Source: a virus
Reading direction: 5' to 3' (one strand)
Length of the DNA stretch: 64,000 nt
IMG/VR virus record: IMGVR_UViG_3300015171_000001
Span: 1-64,000 of that record
In this document: positions 19,499-29,638 of the stretch, one piece after another
Layout: each line of letters opens with the position of its first letter
Numbering within the stretch: the first letter of the stretch is position 1
Program-made: the position numbers and the translations under genes
The notes under the pieces: model-generated
The model's input: the letters and a program-made list of their open reading frames with translations, nothing else
Database searches by the model: none
What the model was told of the DNA's origin: nothing

Positions 19499-20761
19499 TT
19501 ACTCAAGTAAATACTCATTTATTAGTCCATCAATTTTATTACAAATATTTATTGGAAAATTATTATCAAAACAACTTTGTTTTAAAAAAGTTCTTATCTC
19601 TATTTTTTTTTCTATTGTTAGAGAATTAATCGTAAATATTGGAATTTTTTCTAAAAGAGGTGGTTCCTTTTTTCTAACACAATGACTCGGAATATCTTTT
19701 ATTTCACTAAAAATTTCATTTATGGAAGCACCAATTACTTCATTATTATCAAATAATAATTTTATATTATTTTCAATACAAAAATCTCCATTTTTTAATA
19801 AAATATTTATTATTTCTGAATCTGTATATTTTTTTATACTAGTCAAAGGAATTTCATGAATTCCTTGAATGTATCCACCAATTGCACCATCTGTTCTATT
19901 AAAACAAATTTCTATTCCATTTTTAATACAATATTTTATTATATCTGGAATTTCTAAAATATTTTGTAACATAGGACAAATGGCAAGTCCAAATAAAACT
20001 TTCTTTTCTAGAAAATGATTTATATTAGACATTACATTTTTATAATTTCCATTTTTTCTTATTTTTTCATATGTTGTTTCATTTATAGAATCCATTGAAA
20101 TTGTCAATTTTAAATTTTTCAATTTCTTAAAATAATTTTCCATTTTTTCATTTAAAATAGAACCATTTGTTGTGATTGAAATATTAACATCAGGATTTAT
20201 TTTAATAATTTCGTCAAGAATTTTATAATTCAGATCATATAAAAATGGCTCTCCTCCATAAAATTTCACAATTTTTAAATATGGAATGAATTCAATAAGT
20301 TGTTCTATAAATGAATCATTGTATATATTTTTTATTTTGGGAAGACATTCTCTATTTTTTCTTATAGATGATGAATTTTCTCCACCACACATAATACATT
20401 CATAATTACATATATTGGACAATTCAAAAGTAATGTCCATTGGATATTTATTATCTTCTTCTTTATAATTTTTATAATCATCAAATACTTTTAACATTAC
20501 ATTTTCATAATTTCCCTTTTTAATAGGATTTATACAAGAATTCATACAAACATCTGGAAATTTATGATTCGCCATATCTAATCTCATCTGTTTTATGCCA
20601 TTCCCAACCCAAATTTCTTTAATTGATTGTTCTGGCCATTTACCTATAGAATATGATTTTGTTTTACAACAAACAGAAACTTTTCCATTTTTATCAAAAT
20701 ATAAAGTGTGGTGCGGTGCTAAACAAGGAAATTTCCTATTTAAAATATCTTTGATGTCCAT
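19499..20761 (-). CDS. Radical SAM protein with N-terminal Twitch/SPASM domain
   Basis: CLAPHHTL...VSVCC; SNICNYECIMC; FYGGEPF; TTNGS. ATG 20761 avoids overlap with 20825 and has TAGTTAT 4 nt upstream. Confidence 0.9.
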   Translation of the reverse strand: MDIKDILNRKFPCLAPHHTLYFDKNGKVSVCCKTKSYSIGKWPEQSIKEIWVGNGIKQMRLDMANHKFPDVCMNSCINPIKKGNYENVMLKVFDDYKNYKEEDNKYPMDITFELSNICNYECIMCGGENSSSIRKNRECLPKIKNIYNDSFIEQLIEFIPYLKIVKFYGGEPFLYDLNYKILDEIIKINPDVNISITTNGSILNEKMENYFKKLKNLKLTISMDSINETTYEKIRKNGNYKNVMSNINHFLEKKVLFGLAICPMLQNILEIPDIIKYCIKNGIEICFNRTDGAIGGYIQGIHEIPLTSIKKYTDSEIINILLKNGDFCIENNIKLLFDNNEVIGASINEIFSEIKDIPSHCVRKKEPPLLEKIPIFTINSLTIEKKIEIRTFLKQSCFDNNFPINICNKIDGLINEYLLE

Positions 20762-20824
20762 ATTGATAACTATAAAATATTTTTTAAGATAATATATTTT
20801 AATATTTTTTTCATATTTAATAAT

Positions 20825-21346
20825 ATGGCTAAATCGATTGTTTATAAAAATGTAGATGGTACACTTGAGATTCTTCGTGGATGTATTTCTAAAAAATCCC
20901 ATGAGGGCGAAATTGAATATTTAACTAGAATCGCAAAAACAACTTATGGTAATAGAAAATTTAATATTGTGGATATTCCTCATTCAAATTTAATTTCTAA
21001 TAAAAAATATCCTTATGATTTAAATTTCAGAAAGGCTTGGACCGTGGAAAATAATAAATTAATAGTAAATTTAGATAAAGCAAAACAAATCTGGAAAGAT
21101 ATTATAAGAGATTATGCCAATAAAGCTATTTTAAAATTAAATGAAGAAATTCAATTATATTTAGAGCAAGCCGATTTGGAATCTATAAAAGAATTGGGGG
21201 AAGTAAAACAAATATTAAAAAATGTTCACACTACTGTTGATGAAATTGATTTTAAATCATTGGATCATTTGAAAAGCTACTGGCCAACAATTTTATTTCC
21301 TGCACCCGATTTTGTATTAAATATTCCCATGGAACAGTTCAATTAA
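20825..21346 (+). CDS. Tail-fibre-associated (assembly chaperone-like) protein
   Basis: IVYKN.DG N-terminus, FRKAW...VNLDKAKQIWK..IR, KQILKN and LKSYWP match a family commonly found beside phage fibre genes. Confidence 0.55.
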   Translation: MAKSIVYKNVDGTLEILRGCISKKSHEGEIEYLTRIAKTTYGNRKFNIVDIPHSNLISNKKYPYDLNFRKAWTVENNKLIVNLDKAKQIWKDIIRDYANKAILKLNEEIQLYLEQADLESIKELGEVKQILKNVHTTVDEIDFKSLDHLKSYWPTILFPAPDFVLNIPMEQFN

Positions 21347-22155
21347 TGAATAGTCCAATAAAATATGATAATATAATAAATTTTCTGTGGATTGATGGAG
21401 AACTTTCCTTATTGGAAAAAATGTGTGTTAATTCATTTTTAATGAATTCTTATGTGGTTAAATTATGGACATATAATAAAAATTTAGAAATATCTTCTTG
21501 GATATTTAATTCTAAAGAATCTCATTTTTCAGTGTGTGATGCAAATAAAATAATTCCATCTAAAAATGTATTTAAATATTTGGGCAATGGAGATTGTAGA
21601 AAGAATAGTTTTGGAGGATTTAGTGATATTTTTAGATATGAATTATTATATCAAAATGGAGGATGGTATTGCGACATAGATATGATGTGCATAAATCCAT
21701 TTGCAGATTTTCATAATCAGGAGTATGTTTTTCGATCCCACCACATGACAGAAATTTGTGGAAATATTATAAAATGTCCAAAAGGATCTGATATAATGAA
21801 TGATTGTAGATATGAATCAAAAAAATTAATTACTTGTGAAAATAATGATTGGCATTTGCCTTTAAAAATATTACAGAGAAATTTTCACAAATATTCTTTG
21901 GAAAAATATATAGCAGAAAAAAAATATTATGGTAATGACGATTCCGAAAATTTAATAATATCTAATAGAGCATATAATGATATATTTTTAAGTACTATAA
22001 AAAAAATATATAAAATTCCATATGAATATGCATTTCATTGGATGAACGAAGCAAATAAAAATGGATTATATGGAAATAAACCGGTTGATTGGAATACTCC
22101 TTTTCCTAGAACAGTATACAAAGAATGTTTAAAAAAATATGAAATCAATAAATAA
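21346..22155 (+). CDS. GT32 family glycosyltransferase
   Basis: FLWIDGELS.LE..C..SF; FSDIFRYELLYQNGGWYCDID. Confidence 0.85.
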   Translation: MNSPIKYDNIINFLWIDGELSLLEKMCVNSFLMNSYVVKLWTYNKNLEISSWIFNSKESHFSVCDANKIIPSKNVFKYLGNGDCRKNSFGGFSDIFRYELLYQNGGWYCDIDMMCINPFADFHNQEYVFRSHHMTEICGNIIKCPKGSDIMNDCRYESKKLITCENNDWHLPLKILQRNFHKYSLEKYIAEKKYYGNDDSENLIISNRAYNDIFLSTIKKIYKIPYEYAFHWMNEANKNGLYGNKPVDWNTPFPRTVYKECLKKYEINK

Positions 22156-23029
22156 TTATTATGAGTTATTTAAAACTAACACAATTCCAAAAACAATATG
22201 CTCTTCTCCAAATTCATATTTAAATTTTTATCACTGTGATTCAGAAGAAAATTTTAATACAGATCCTCACCCAAATTATATAAATAAAAACTTTGGATAT
22301 ACATTTAATAACTTTGGATATAGATGTGACAATTTTTCTAATGAAAATGAATATAAAATATTAACTATTGGATGTAGTATTTCTTTTGGTGTGGGATTGC
22401 CAATAGAAGAAACATATGCAAATATATTATGTAACAAACTAAGTATAAAATATGGAAAGAAAATTTCAAATTATAATTTATCTGCCAATGGAGCAGGGTC
22501 TGATTATATATCAAGAATTCTTTTACAAACCATAGATATTTTACAACCAAATTTTGTTATTATTTTATTTCCAGAATTTTCTAGACTAGAACATTATTGC
22601 GAGAATTCAAGATATGAAAATGTAAGTGCATCTGGAATATTAAATGGTTATAGTGAATCCGTAAAACATATTTATGCTGAACTTATTACAAACAATTCAC
22701 ATATGTTTTTCAATTTTGTGAAAAATTTTTATTTAATAAATGAAACATTGAAAAATAGAAAAATAGATTTTTATTGGAATAATTGGAGTTCGGATTTTTT
22801 AAATGGATTGTCTGATAAAAATTATATTAATGAATTAACGCAATACATTTCATTAACTAATACAGATATTTCTCAAGAATTTATAAAAGATTTTTTAACT
22901 AAAATGTATAGTGAATCGTGGGAAAATAAAATATATAAGGCTAGAGATTGGATACATACTGGAAAAAATTTTCACGAATACTTTGCTAATTATTTATATG
23001 AAAAAATTGTTAAAAAGAATATTTTTTGA
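22139..23029 (+). CDS. SGNH/GDSL-like esterase or acyltransferase
   Basis: GCSISFGVG (block I), NLSANGAGSD (block II), RDWIHTG (DxxH). Confidence 0.7.
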   Translation: MKSINNYYELFKTNTIPKTICSSPNSYLNFYHCDSEENFNTDPHPNYINKNFGYTFNNFGYRCDNFSNENEYKILTIGCSISFGVGLPIEETYANILCNKLSIKYGKKISNYNLSANGAGSDYISRILLQTIDILQPNFVIILFPEFSRLEHYCENSRYENVSASGILNGYSESVKHIYAELITNNSHMFFNFVKNFYLINETLKNRKIDFYWNNWSSDFLNGLSDKNYINELTQYISLTNTDISQEFIKDFLTKMYSESWENKIYKARDWIHTGKNFHEYFANYLYEKIVKKNIF

Positions 23030-23099
23030 TAAAATTAAAAAGGTTATATTATACTATAAATTGAAGAAACTTTCTAAAAAAGATCCATTTATTTATTAG
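22998..23099 (+). CDS. 33-aa basic peptide ending KKDPFIY
   Basis: ATG 22998: MKKLLKRIFFDKIKKVILYYKLKKLSKKDPFIY*. Confidence 0.55.
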   Translation: MKKLLKRIFFDKIKKVILYYKLKKLSKKDPFIY

Positions 23100-24583
23100 T
23101 ATATTCGAATATTATACTTTTCTGAAAATTGTTTACAATCTTCTTCATTATTTATAATAGGTTGCCCTTTTATATTTAATGATGTGTTTAATAACATTGG
23201 ACAACCAGTTCTACTATTCCATTCACTTAATAATTGATAGTAAAAATAATTTTGTTTTTCATTTACTGTTTGTATTCTACATGTTCCATCAACATGTGTT
23301 ATTTCACTATATTTCTTAGGATCTCTTGTTTTAAAAACATATTGCATATTTGGAGAAAATACTCGTTCTTCTCTTTCACAAAAAAAGTATTTTTTAGCAT
23401 AAGATTCTAATATAGAAACAGCAAATGGTCTAAACTCTTCCCTTTGTTTTATATTATTTACTTCATTTTTAATTCCAATTTTTCTTGGATCTGCTAATAA
23501 TGATCGATTACCTAAAGCTCTAGGACCAAATTCAGATTTTCCTTGTGCTAACCCAATTATTTCTCCACGTTCTAATTTAGACACCATTTCTGGTATTTTA
23601 TCAACATTTGATTCCAAATTATATCCTAAATATGGCGCGGGTTTATTTATATGTTGAGTTAATACTGCTCCCATAGAAAGTCCACCATCTCCACAATTAA
23701 ATGGGATATAAACATTATTAAACAATCTAGAACTTAATATTTTTGTATTTGCTACACAATTCAATGCACATCCACCAGTCAATATTAGATTTTTTGAGTT
23801 GTTTAATGATTTTGCAAAGATACAAAATTTTTCTAAATAATCTTCATATAAAATTTGAATGGCATTTGCGGTTCTAAATGGATTTTCATTAAACCTTGAT
23901 ATTTCTTCTTCTGAGAATCCTTTGTGTAAATTTCTTACTTTAAATGATTCAATATTTTTATCTATAATGAAGTCTTCCAATCCTTCATAATATAAAGAGT
24001 TTTCAAATGAAGACATACCCATTACAATATATTCTTCTTCATTTGGTTTCTTCCCCAATGCTTTTGTTATTGCCGAATATAATAATCCTAATGAATTTGG
24101 ATAATATGTCTTGTGTAGACATGTTAATTTGTTATCTATACCTTTCCATATAGAAATACATTCGTCGTCACCTATAGCATCTACAACTAAAATGGTGGCG
24201 TCTTTAAACTCGGATGTAAAAAAACCCTGTCTTGCATGAGCCAAATGATGTGAACAATATTCTATATTATAATAAAAATCGCCAGTATCAAAACAACTTA
24301 TAATAGATTCAAACTGTTTTTTTGGAGAGATTTCAAATACTTTTTTCCATTGGCCACTTTTTATTTCTCTATATTTTTTACTAATCGGATTTTCTGCAAT
24401 AATTATATTTTCGGGAACACCAAACTGAAAAGCATAGTCAATTAAATCTTTCCCAATAGATGTATCATTTTTTATCTTACTAAATCTTTCATTCTCACTT
24501 GCAAATAAAATTTCTTTTTTATCAGTATCAAATACACATAAAGATGCATTATGATTTTGATTATTAATTCCCCATTTAAGCAT
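23096..24583 (-). CDS. Carbamoyltransferase (NodU/CmcH family)
   Basis: HNAS, ERFSKIKND, HHLAHA, VVDAIGD, GGCALNCVAN, EFGPRALGNRS, RPFA, HVDGTCRIQTV, LLNTSLN. Confidence 0.93.
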   Translation of the reverse strand: MLKWGINNQNHNASLCVFDTDKKEILFASENERFSKIKNDTSIGKDLIDYAFQFGVPENIIIAENPISKKYREIKSGQWKKVFEISPKKQFESIISCFDTGDFYYNIEYCSHHLAHARQGFFTSEFKDATILVVDAIGDDECISIWKGIDNKLTCLHKTYYPNSLGLLYSAITKALGKKPNEEEYIVMGMSSFENSLYYEGLEDFIIDKNIESFKVRNLHKGFSEEEISRFNENPFRTANAIQILYEDYLEKFCIFAKSLNNSKNLILTGGCALNCVANTKILSSRLFNNVYIPFNCGDGGLSMGAVLTQHINKPAPYLGYNLESNVDKIPEMVSKLERGEIIGLAQGKSEFGPRALGNRSLLADPRKIGIKNEVNNIKQREEFRPFAVSILESYAKKYFFCEREERVFSPNMQYVFKTRDPKKYSEITHVDGTCRIQTVNEKQNYFYYQLLSEWNSRTGCPMLLNTSLNIKGQPIINNEEDCKQFSEKYNIRIY

Positions 24584-25358
24584 TTAAATATTCCTGTTGA
24601 GTTTTAATAAAAATAGGATTTTGTTTTCTATTACCATCTCCGCTCCAAATAATACCGTCTTCAGTAAATTTATCATCTTTAAAAATTGAAGATAGTTTAT
24701 GTAATGTTAATGCTGCGTGGTATTTGTTATAAACATTATAAAAGTCTAGTTGATCGCCTACTGTATAAACTCCATTTGATACAATTTCATCTCTTAGTGC
24801 TTGAAAAAATCTTAATGAATTATGTGTGGCTTTTATTCCAATTAACCCACAAGCATATGTTGTAAATTTTCTCCAATCTATAGGATGATCTATAATAGGA
24901 TATTTATAAATAGAAATATCATTTTGAGAAATTATGTCAACTAAAGGCGCGAGGTCTTTCACGACCAAATTATCAACATCTATATATAATATATTCTGCT
25001 CTTGTTTTGATTTTAATAATTGAGTTATTATTTCTGGAAACATTTGGTATCTTAAATTATTACAAAATGCAAATTCATCTGACATAAATCTTCCACTTAG
25101 TTGACCACATTCATATCTAGTTAATTTGTTTTCAGTAGAATCTAATTTAATATCAATAAATTTTGGTAATATAAAAATTTTAGAGTCGGCATATAATTTA
25201 GTATAAAAACTATTAACTTCTGTTTTATCACAATTTACAAAATATGTTAATACACTAGAAACACAATGACTTGAATTTTTTGCTAGACTTTTTACAAATG
25301 ATTTAAAATATGGTAAATATTTTTGATTGGTGACGCAGACAATGTTTAATTTGTTCAT
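24576..25358 (-). CDS. GT-A glycosyltransferase (GT8/GT77-like)
   Basis: ILYIDVDNLV (DxD), CGLI, GDQ. Confidence 0.7.
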   Translation of the reverse strand: MNKLNIVCVTNQKYLPYFKSFVKSLAKNSSHCVSSVLTYFVNCDKTEVNSFYTKLYADSKIFILPKFIDIKLDSTENKLTRYECGQLSGRFMSDEFAFCNNLRYQMFPEIITQLLKSKQEQNILYIDVDNLVVKDLAPLVDIISQNDISIYKYPIIDHPIDWRKFTTYACGLIGIKATHNSLRFFQALRDEIVSNGVYTVGDQLDFYNVYNKYHAALTLHKLSSIFKDDKFTEDGIIWSGDGNRKQNPIFIKTQQEYLNA

Positions 25359-25433
25359 TTGAGATAAATAGATTATGAAATATAAAAAATATTAAGTCTA
25401 TATTTTTTATAAAAATTTGATATATATCTTATT

Positions 25434-26054
25434 ATGCTCCTAAATCTTAAAAATTATTTCCACGTCGAAAAGTCTGTTTTTTCTAAAGAATTTTGTGAAA
25501 AAATAATATCTGTTTCTGAAAAAAATTGGGAAAGGGATAAAATTGAAAAAGATTTTGAATATAGAAAATCTAAAGTAGTTTTCTTACAGAATATAAATGA
25601 CCCAGAAATTCAATTCATAAAAAATACAATTTTTCCCGTCGTGGAACAAATTAAAAAACAAAAATGGAAAACTTTTAAATTATATAACCTTCAACCTATG
25701 CAATATACTGTTTATAAAGCACCTCACGGAAATTATTCGTGGCATTCTGATACAAGTGATAGAAATCAACCAACTATGAAAAATAGATTATTATCATTCT
25801 CGATTCAATTAACAGATCCCCAATCAAATTATGAAGGAGGAGAATTTGAAATTATAGAAGAACTTTCTCAGAATTGGTCGTGTTGTAAAATAAACTCGCT
25901 CTTCAATTTTGATAAGAAAAAAACTATTACAGCAGAAGACTTTCCGCAAGGATCAATTTTGGTCTTTCCGTCTCTATTAGGACATAGAGTAACTACAATC
26001 ACCGAGGGAACTCGGCGATCATTGGTTGGATGGACAGAGGGAACTTTTATTTAA
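25434..26054 (+). CDS. 2OG-Fe(II) oxygenase (prolyl 4-hydroxylase-like)
   Basis: WHSD, YEGGEF, FPS..GHRV, GTRRSLVGW. Confidence 0.9.
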   Translation: MLLNLKNYFHVEKSVFSKEFCEKIISVSEKNWERDKIEKDFEYRKSKVVFLQNINDPEIQFIKNTIFPVVEQIKKQKWKTFKLYNLQPMQYTVYKAPHGNYSWHSDTSDRNQPTMKNRLLSFSIQLTDPQSNYEGGEFEIIEELSQNWSCCKINSLFNFDKKKTITAEDFPQGSILVFPSLLGHRVTTITEGTRRSLVGWTEGTFI

Positions 26055-26249
26055 ATTTATAATTTCCTTGCCACAATTAATACAAGTTCTAAATAATTTT
26101 TCATTTTTATTATGTTTTAATTGTTTTGCGTGACAACAAACAACACATTTTGATTTATTTTTTGTGGCATAATAATATCCATTATTTGAATAATATGCAA
26201 TCTCCTTATTACAATCTGGACAATTTCTTTTATATAAGCTTTCTACCAT
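26019..26249 (-). pseudogene. Zinc-ribbon repeat fragment, possibly a homing endonuclease N-terminal remnant
   Basis: RNCPDCNKEI...CVVC followed by a second RTCINCGKEI repeat that runs into the 3' end of the convergent gene. Confidence 0.4.
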
Positions 26250-26340
26250 ATGATTAGTTTACAACAATAAACAAAAATCCTCAAGATAATAATTAACAAA
26301 TGTTTATTATAATTATTAAGTCATTATAATTTAAAATAAA

Positions 26341-26369
26341 TTTACAATTTTATAAATCTATCGCATAAT
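26341..26369 (+). promoter_or_regulatory. Sigma70-like promoter, near-leaderless
   Basis: TTTACA-17-CATAAT, then 5 nt to ATG 26375. Confidence 0.6.
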
Positions 26370-26374
26370 TAATC

Positions 26375-27052
26375 ATGATTGATTATAAAAAGTGTGAAAA
26401 TTGGACAGAAAAGGATTTGGAAAAGAATTACAATGATTTTATTACTTTTGTAAAAAAAGTTCTTCCTGATTCGGAAAGAACCATTAAGTTATTGAGGTTA
26501 TATGATAAATTTGCTGATAGAATTGCGACTGCTCCTGCAAGTGGCAAAGCAAACTTTCACATGGCTATTCCAGGAGGATATGTATGTCATATTATGAATG
26601 TGTGTAGATCTGTAACAGGTGTTAAAAAACTATATGAAGCAATTGGGGGAACTATTGACTTTTTAGACACAGAGATGTATTTCGCATGTCTCAATCATGA
26701 CCTAGGAAAAATTGGAGATGAAAATGGTGATTATTATATTCCAGAAGATTCACAATGGAAAAGAGACCAAGGAACTTTATATAAAATAAATGGACAGATC
26801 CAGAATATGCATGTTACGGATCGATCCCTGTTCCAATTACAAAAACACGGAATTGAAACTACACAAAAAGAATGGCTTGCTATTAAACTTTCAGATGGTT
26901 TGTATGAAGAAGAAAATAAATATTATTTAATTAGTAATACCCACGAAAAAACATTAAAAACAAATTTACCACATATTGTTCATACGGCAGATTTTCTTTC
27001 TTTTAAGATGGAAAAAGATGCGTGGAATAAAACCTTGCCAGATATAACTTAA
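26375..27052 (+). CDS. HD-domain phosphohydrolase (YhaM-like)
   Basis: APAS...FH...GGYVCH, LNHDLGKIG, VHTAD. Confidence 0.85.
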   Translation: MIDYKKCENWTEKDLEKNYNDFITFVKKVLPDSERTIKLLRLYDKFADRIATAPASGKANFHMAIPGGYVCHIMNVCRSVTGVKKLYEAIGGTIDFLDTEMYFACLNHDLGKIGDENGDYYIPEDSQWKRDQGTLYKINGQIQNMHVTDRSLFQLQKHGIETTQKEWLAIKLSDGLYEEENKYYLISNTHEKTLKTNLPHIVHTADFLSFKMEKDAWNKTLPDIT

Positions 27053-28467
27053 AGTTTAATTAAGTTAGTCCCCAATGCCCAAAAATATTGATTAGCACCA
27101 AAAATATTACCATAAAAAGCACTTATTGTTTCAACTGATGCTGAATTTATTGTAGATCCTGTTGATTGAGCAAATCCGGTTCCTGAAGGAAGCACATATG
27201 CTGGTGCAATAGATGTACTCGAACTCATAATTAACATATAGGTTTGTCCGATAACTGGATTTGCAAATACAGGATTGTATGTACTTCCAGTCAAAATAAT
27301 ATATTGAACTAATCCATTTGCCCAATTGATGGCAGAACTGCTTGCTTGAAATATAGTAGCTCCTTGAGAATTTAATGTATAACTTGCTGTATTAGAATTT
27401 GATGCATAAGAAGAAGTGCCTAACAATGAACCAGTAATTGATCCTGTATAAGATCCAGTGAAAGAACCTGTATGACTTCCAGACATTAATCCATTTAAAC
27501 TTCCTGTATAAGAACCTGTGAAACTTCCAGAAGTGTTTCCACAATATAAACTACCTGTAATAGAAACACTTCCTGTAAATATTTGAGTATTTCCCAAACT
27601 ATTACCAAAAATATTAGATCCGGTACTAAATTCGGTAGATGCAGTTATAAAATTTGTATAAATAATAGAGATAGAAGCAGTTCCAATAACATTTAAATTT
27701 CCTGTTATTGTTTGATTTCCTGTAAAGGAATTTGCTCCCAAAGTAGCACCATTTGTTGTGTAGGATGCTGTTGATGCATTCTGTGCAAATCCAGCATAAG
27801 AAGAGGATGTTACAGTAGCACCACCAACAATATACGAGGCGGTAGATGCGTTTGCTGCATTATTTGAGAAGGAGGCAGTTCCTAAGAAAGATCCAGTAAA
27901 GCTTCCAGTGAATGATCCGCTATTTAAACCTAACGCATTTAGAGCATATGAAGCCGTTGTAGAAAATGATGAACTTACTGAATTTAAATTATAACTAGAA
28001 GTTTGTGATAATGTAGAACTGGAAGCATAACTTGAAGAATTTGAAAAAGTTGCATAACTAGATGTTCCTAATAAACTACCCGAAAAACTTCCAGTGAATG
28101 ATCCACTATTTAAACCTACTGCATTTAGAGCATATGAAGCCGTAGTTGCATTACCAGCCACTAAGGAAAAACTTGAAGTTCCTAATAACGAACCTGTAAA
28201 ACTTCCTGTATGAGAGCCAGTAGTTATTCCATTAAAACTGCCAGTATGTGATCCCGTGAAAGAACCTGTGAAAGAGCCAGTAGTTATTCCAGAAATATAA
28301 GATGCTGTTGAGGCATAAGATGCGGATGGTACTATAGCTCCTACAGCAAGATAAGAAGCGGTAGAAGTATATGATGCACTCACACAATTAGATGCGGTCG
28401 CAAATAAAGTACCTCCTACAGTTAAATTTCCAGTTAATGTTGTGGAATCAGTTAAAATAATCGACAT
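27049..28467 (-). CDS. Ser/Thr/Gly-rich repeat fibre-like virion protein
   Basis: Many (T/S)ASY and GSFTGS/GSHTGS repeats plus GANSFTGNQTITG; duplicated DNA blocks near 27914-27957 and 28100-28143. Confidence 0.75.
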   Translation of the reverse strand: MSIILTDSTTLTGNLTVGGTLFATASNCVSASYTSTASYLAVGAIVPSASYASTASYISGITTGSFTGSFTGSHTGSFNGITTGSHTGSFTGSLLGTSSFSLVAGNATTASYALNAVGLNSGSFTGSFSGSLLGTSSYATFSNSSSYASSSTLSQTSSYNLNSVSSSFSTTASYALNALGLNSGSFTGSFTGSFLGTASFSNNAANASTASYIVGGATVTSSSYAGFAQNASTASYTTNGATLGANSFTGNQTITGNLNVIGTASISIIYTNFITASTEFSTGSNIFGNSLGNTQIFTGSVSITGSLYCGNTSGSFTGSYTGSLNGLMSGSHTGSFTGSYTGSITGSLLGTSSYASNSNTASYTLNSQGATIFQASSSAINWANGLVQYIILTGSTYNPVFANPVIGQTYMLIMSSSTSIAPAYVLPSGTGFAQSTGSTINSASVETISAFYGNIFGANQYFWALGTNLIKL

Positions 28468-28509
28468 ATCAATAAATAGTTGTCAATTTCAAATTAAATT
28501 ATATTTTTG

Positions 28510-28538
28510 TTGACATTTTATAAAAAATATGATATAAA
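28510..28538 (+). promoter_or_regulatory. Sigma70-like promoter
   Basis: TTGACA-17-TATAAA upstream of ATG 28548. Confidence 0.65.
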
Positions 28539-28547
28539 TAAAGTATT

Positions 28548-28679
28548 ATGAAAATTTCAAAATATATAATCGAATTGCCTATTACATCAAATCAGTATAT
28601 TTTTTCTGATTGGATTAAGAATTTCAGAACAGATTGGACAGATTCAATTGGATCAAATTTGGTAGAGGGAAGTGATTGA
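28548..28679 (+). CDS. Small hypothetical protein (43 aa)
   Basis: MKISKYIIELPITSNQYIFSDW...EGSD*, directly downstream of the promoter. Confidence 0.4.
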   Translation: MKISKYIIELPITSNQYIFSDWIKNFRTDWTDSIGSNLVEGSD

Positions 28680-28702
28680 AAAATAATATATAATTATAAA
28701 AT

Positions 28703-28873
28703 ATGAATACAAATAAACTTTTATTAATATTGATTCTTGGTTCATTTGCAATGACAATGTTTCTTCTCCATATGCAATCGGAAGAAAATATACAAATGGC
28801 AAAACAAGGATTAGAACAAAGAGTTATTGGTTCGGGATTTAATACAAATATAATCTGGGTAAAAAAAGATTAA
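28703..28873 (+). CDS. Small membrane protein (56 aa)
   Basis: MNTNKLLLILILGSFAMTMFLL...; TAATG overlap with 28873. Confidence 0.6.
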   Translation: MNTNKLLLILILGSFAMTMFLLHMQSEENIQMAKQGLEQRVIGSGFNTNIIWVKKD

Positions 28874-29193
28874 TGAAAGTTTCTGAAATTAGTTTTTCAA
28901 AAATACACAATCCTCATAAACAAATGATGATTGATTGGATTTCTAAAAATACAGTATTAAAAGAACAAATTAACTCTTCTGAAACAAATGGAATGCTTCT
29001 TCTAATTAAAAATGAAGAGGCAGAAAGAATTCCATTAAAAAGATTAATGAAACATGGATTAGAAAGTTTTGTGATTATTCATAAAAAATCTTTATCAATA
29101 GACAATATTATAAAAATGGATTCTGTAGAACAACCGGATGGATTTTATGAATTGAATGAATATTGGAACATTATAATGATAACCGAAGTATGA
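28873..29193 (+). CDS. Hypothetical protein
   Basis: 106-aa ORF, translationally coupled on both sides. Confidence 0.65.
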   Translation: MKVSEISFSKIHNPHKQMMIDWISKNTVLKEQINSSETNGMLLLIKNEEAERIPLKRLMKHGLESFVIIHKKSLSIDNIIKMDSVEQPDGFYELNEYWNIIMITEV

Positions 29194-29615
29194 AAAAAAC
29201 TTTAAAAGATATATTGCTCCTAATTTTTTCAGAAGATTTGATTATTACTAAAAAAAATATAGTAGAATCATTTAAAATTTCTAATAAATCACCTCTGGAT
29301 TATTCAAGAAATTGCCCAATATGTCTTGCTATAAAAGATAAAGTAAATAATATTTTGGATATTGTAAATTTTCCAGAAAATAATGTTAATTTAGATGTTC
29401 AAATTGATAAAAATTTTTTTGATTTTTACACATATTCGTCCAACCAAATTAATAAAAACTTGGAAGAAAAAATGCAGTTAAGCGTTCCAAATCATTTATT
29501 TTCTTGGATAACTATATTCGACAGAGAATTTTTAAAAATATTGGGGAATAAAGAAGAAGAAAATAATTTTATTGACTCTTTTAAAGATACTAAATTTTCT
29601 ATAAAACTTATTTAA
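29190..29615 (+). CDS. Hypothetical protein
   Basis: ATGA overlap at 29190; CPIC motif. Confidence 0.65.
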   Translation: MKKTLKDILLLIFSEDLIITKKNIVESFKISNKSPLDYSRNCPICLAIKDKVNNILDIVNFPENNVNLDVQIDKNFFDFYTYSSNQINKNLEEKMQLSVPNHLFSWITIFDREFLKILGNKEEENNFIDSFKDTKFSIKLI

Positions 29616-29638
29616 ATTGAACTTTTGTGTTGAGATAT

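Noticed and set aside
20762-20902. N-terminal extension of the third radical SAM ORF
   Set aside because: Overlaps the divergent gene at 20825; the domain and upstream motif fit ATG 20761.
27400-28400. CRISPR array or DGR-like repeats
   Set aside because: The repeats are codon-phased, degenerate and inside an ORF, with no constant repeat-spacer period. No cas or reverse transcriptase gene is in the window.
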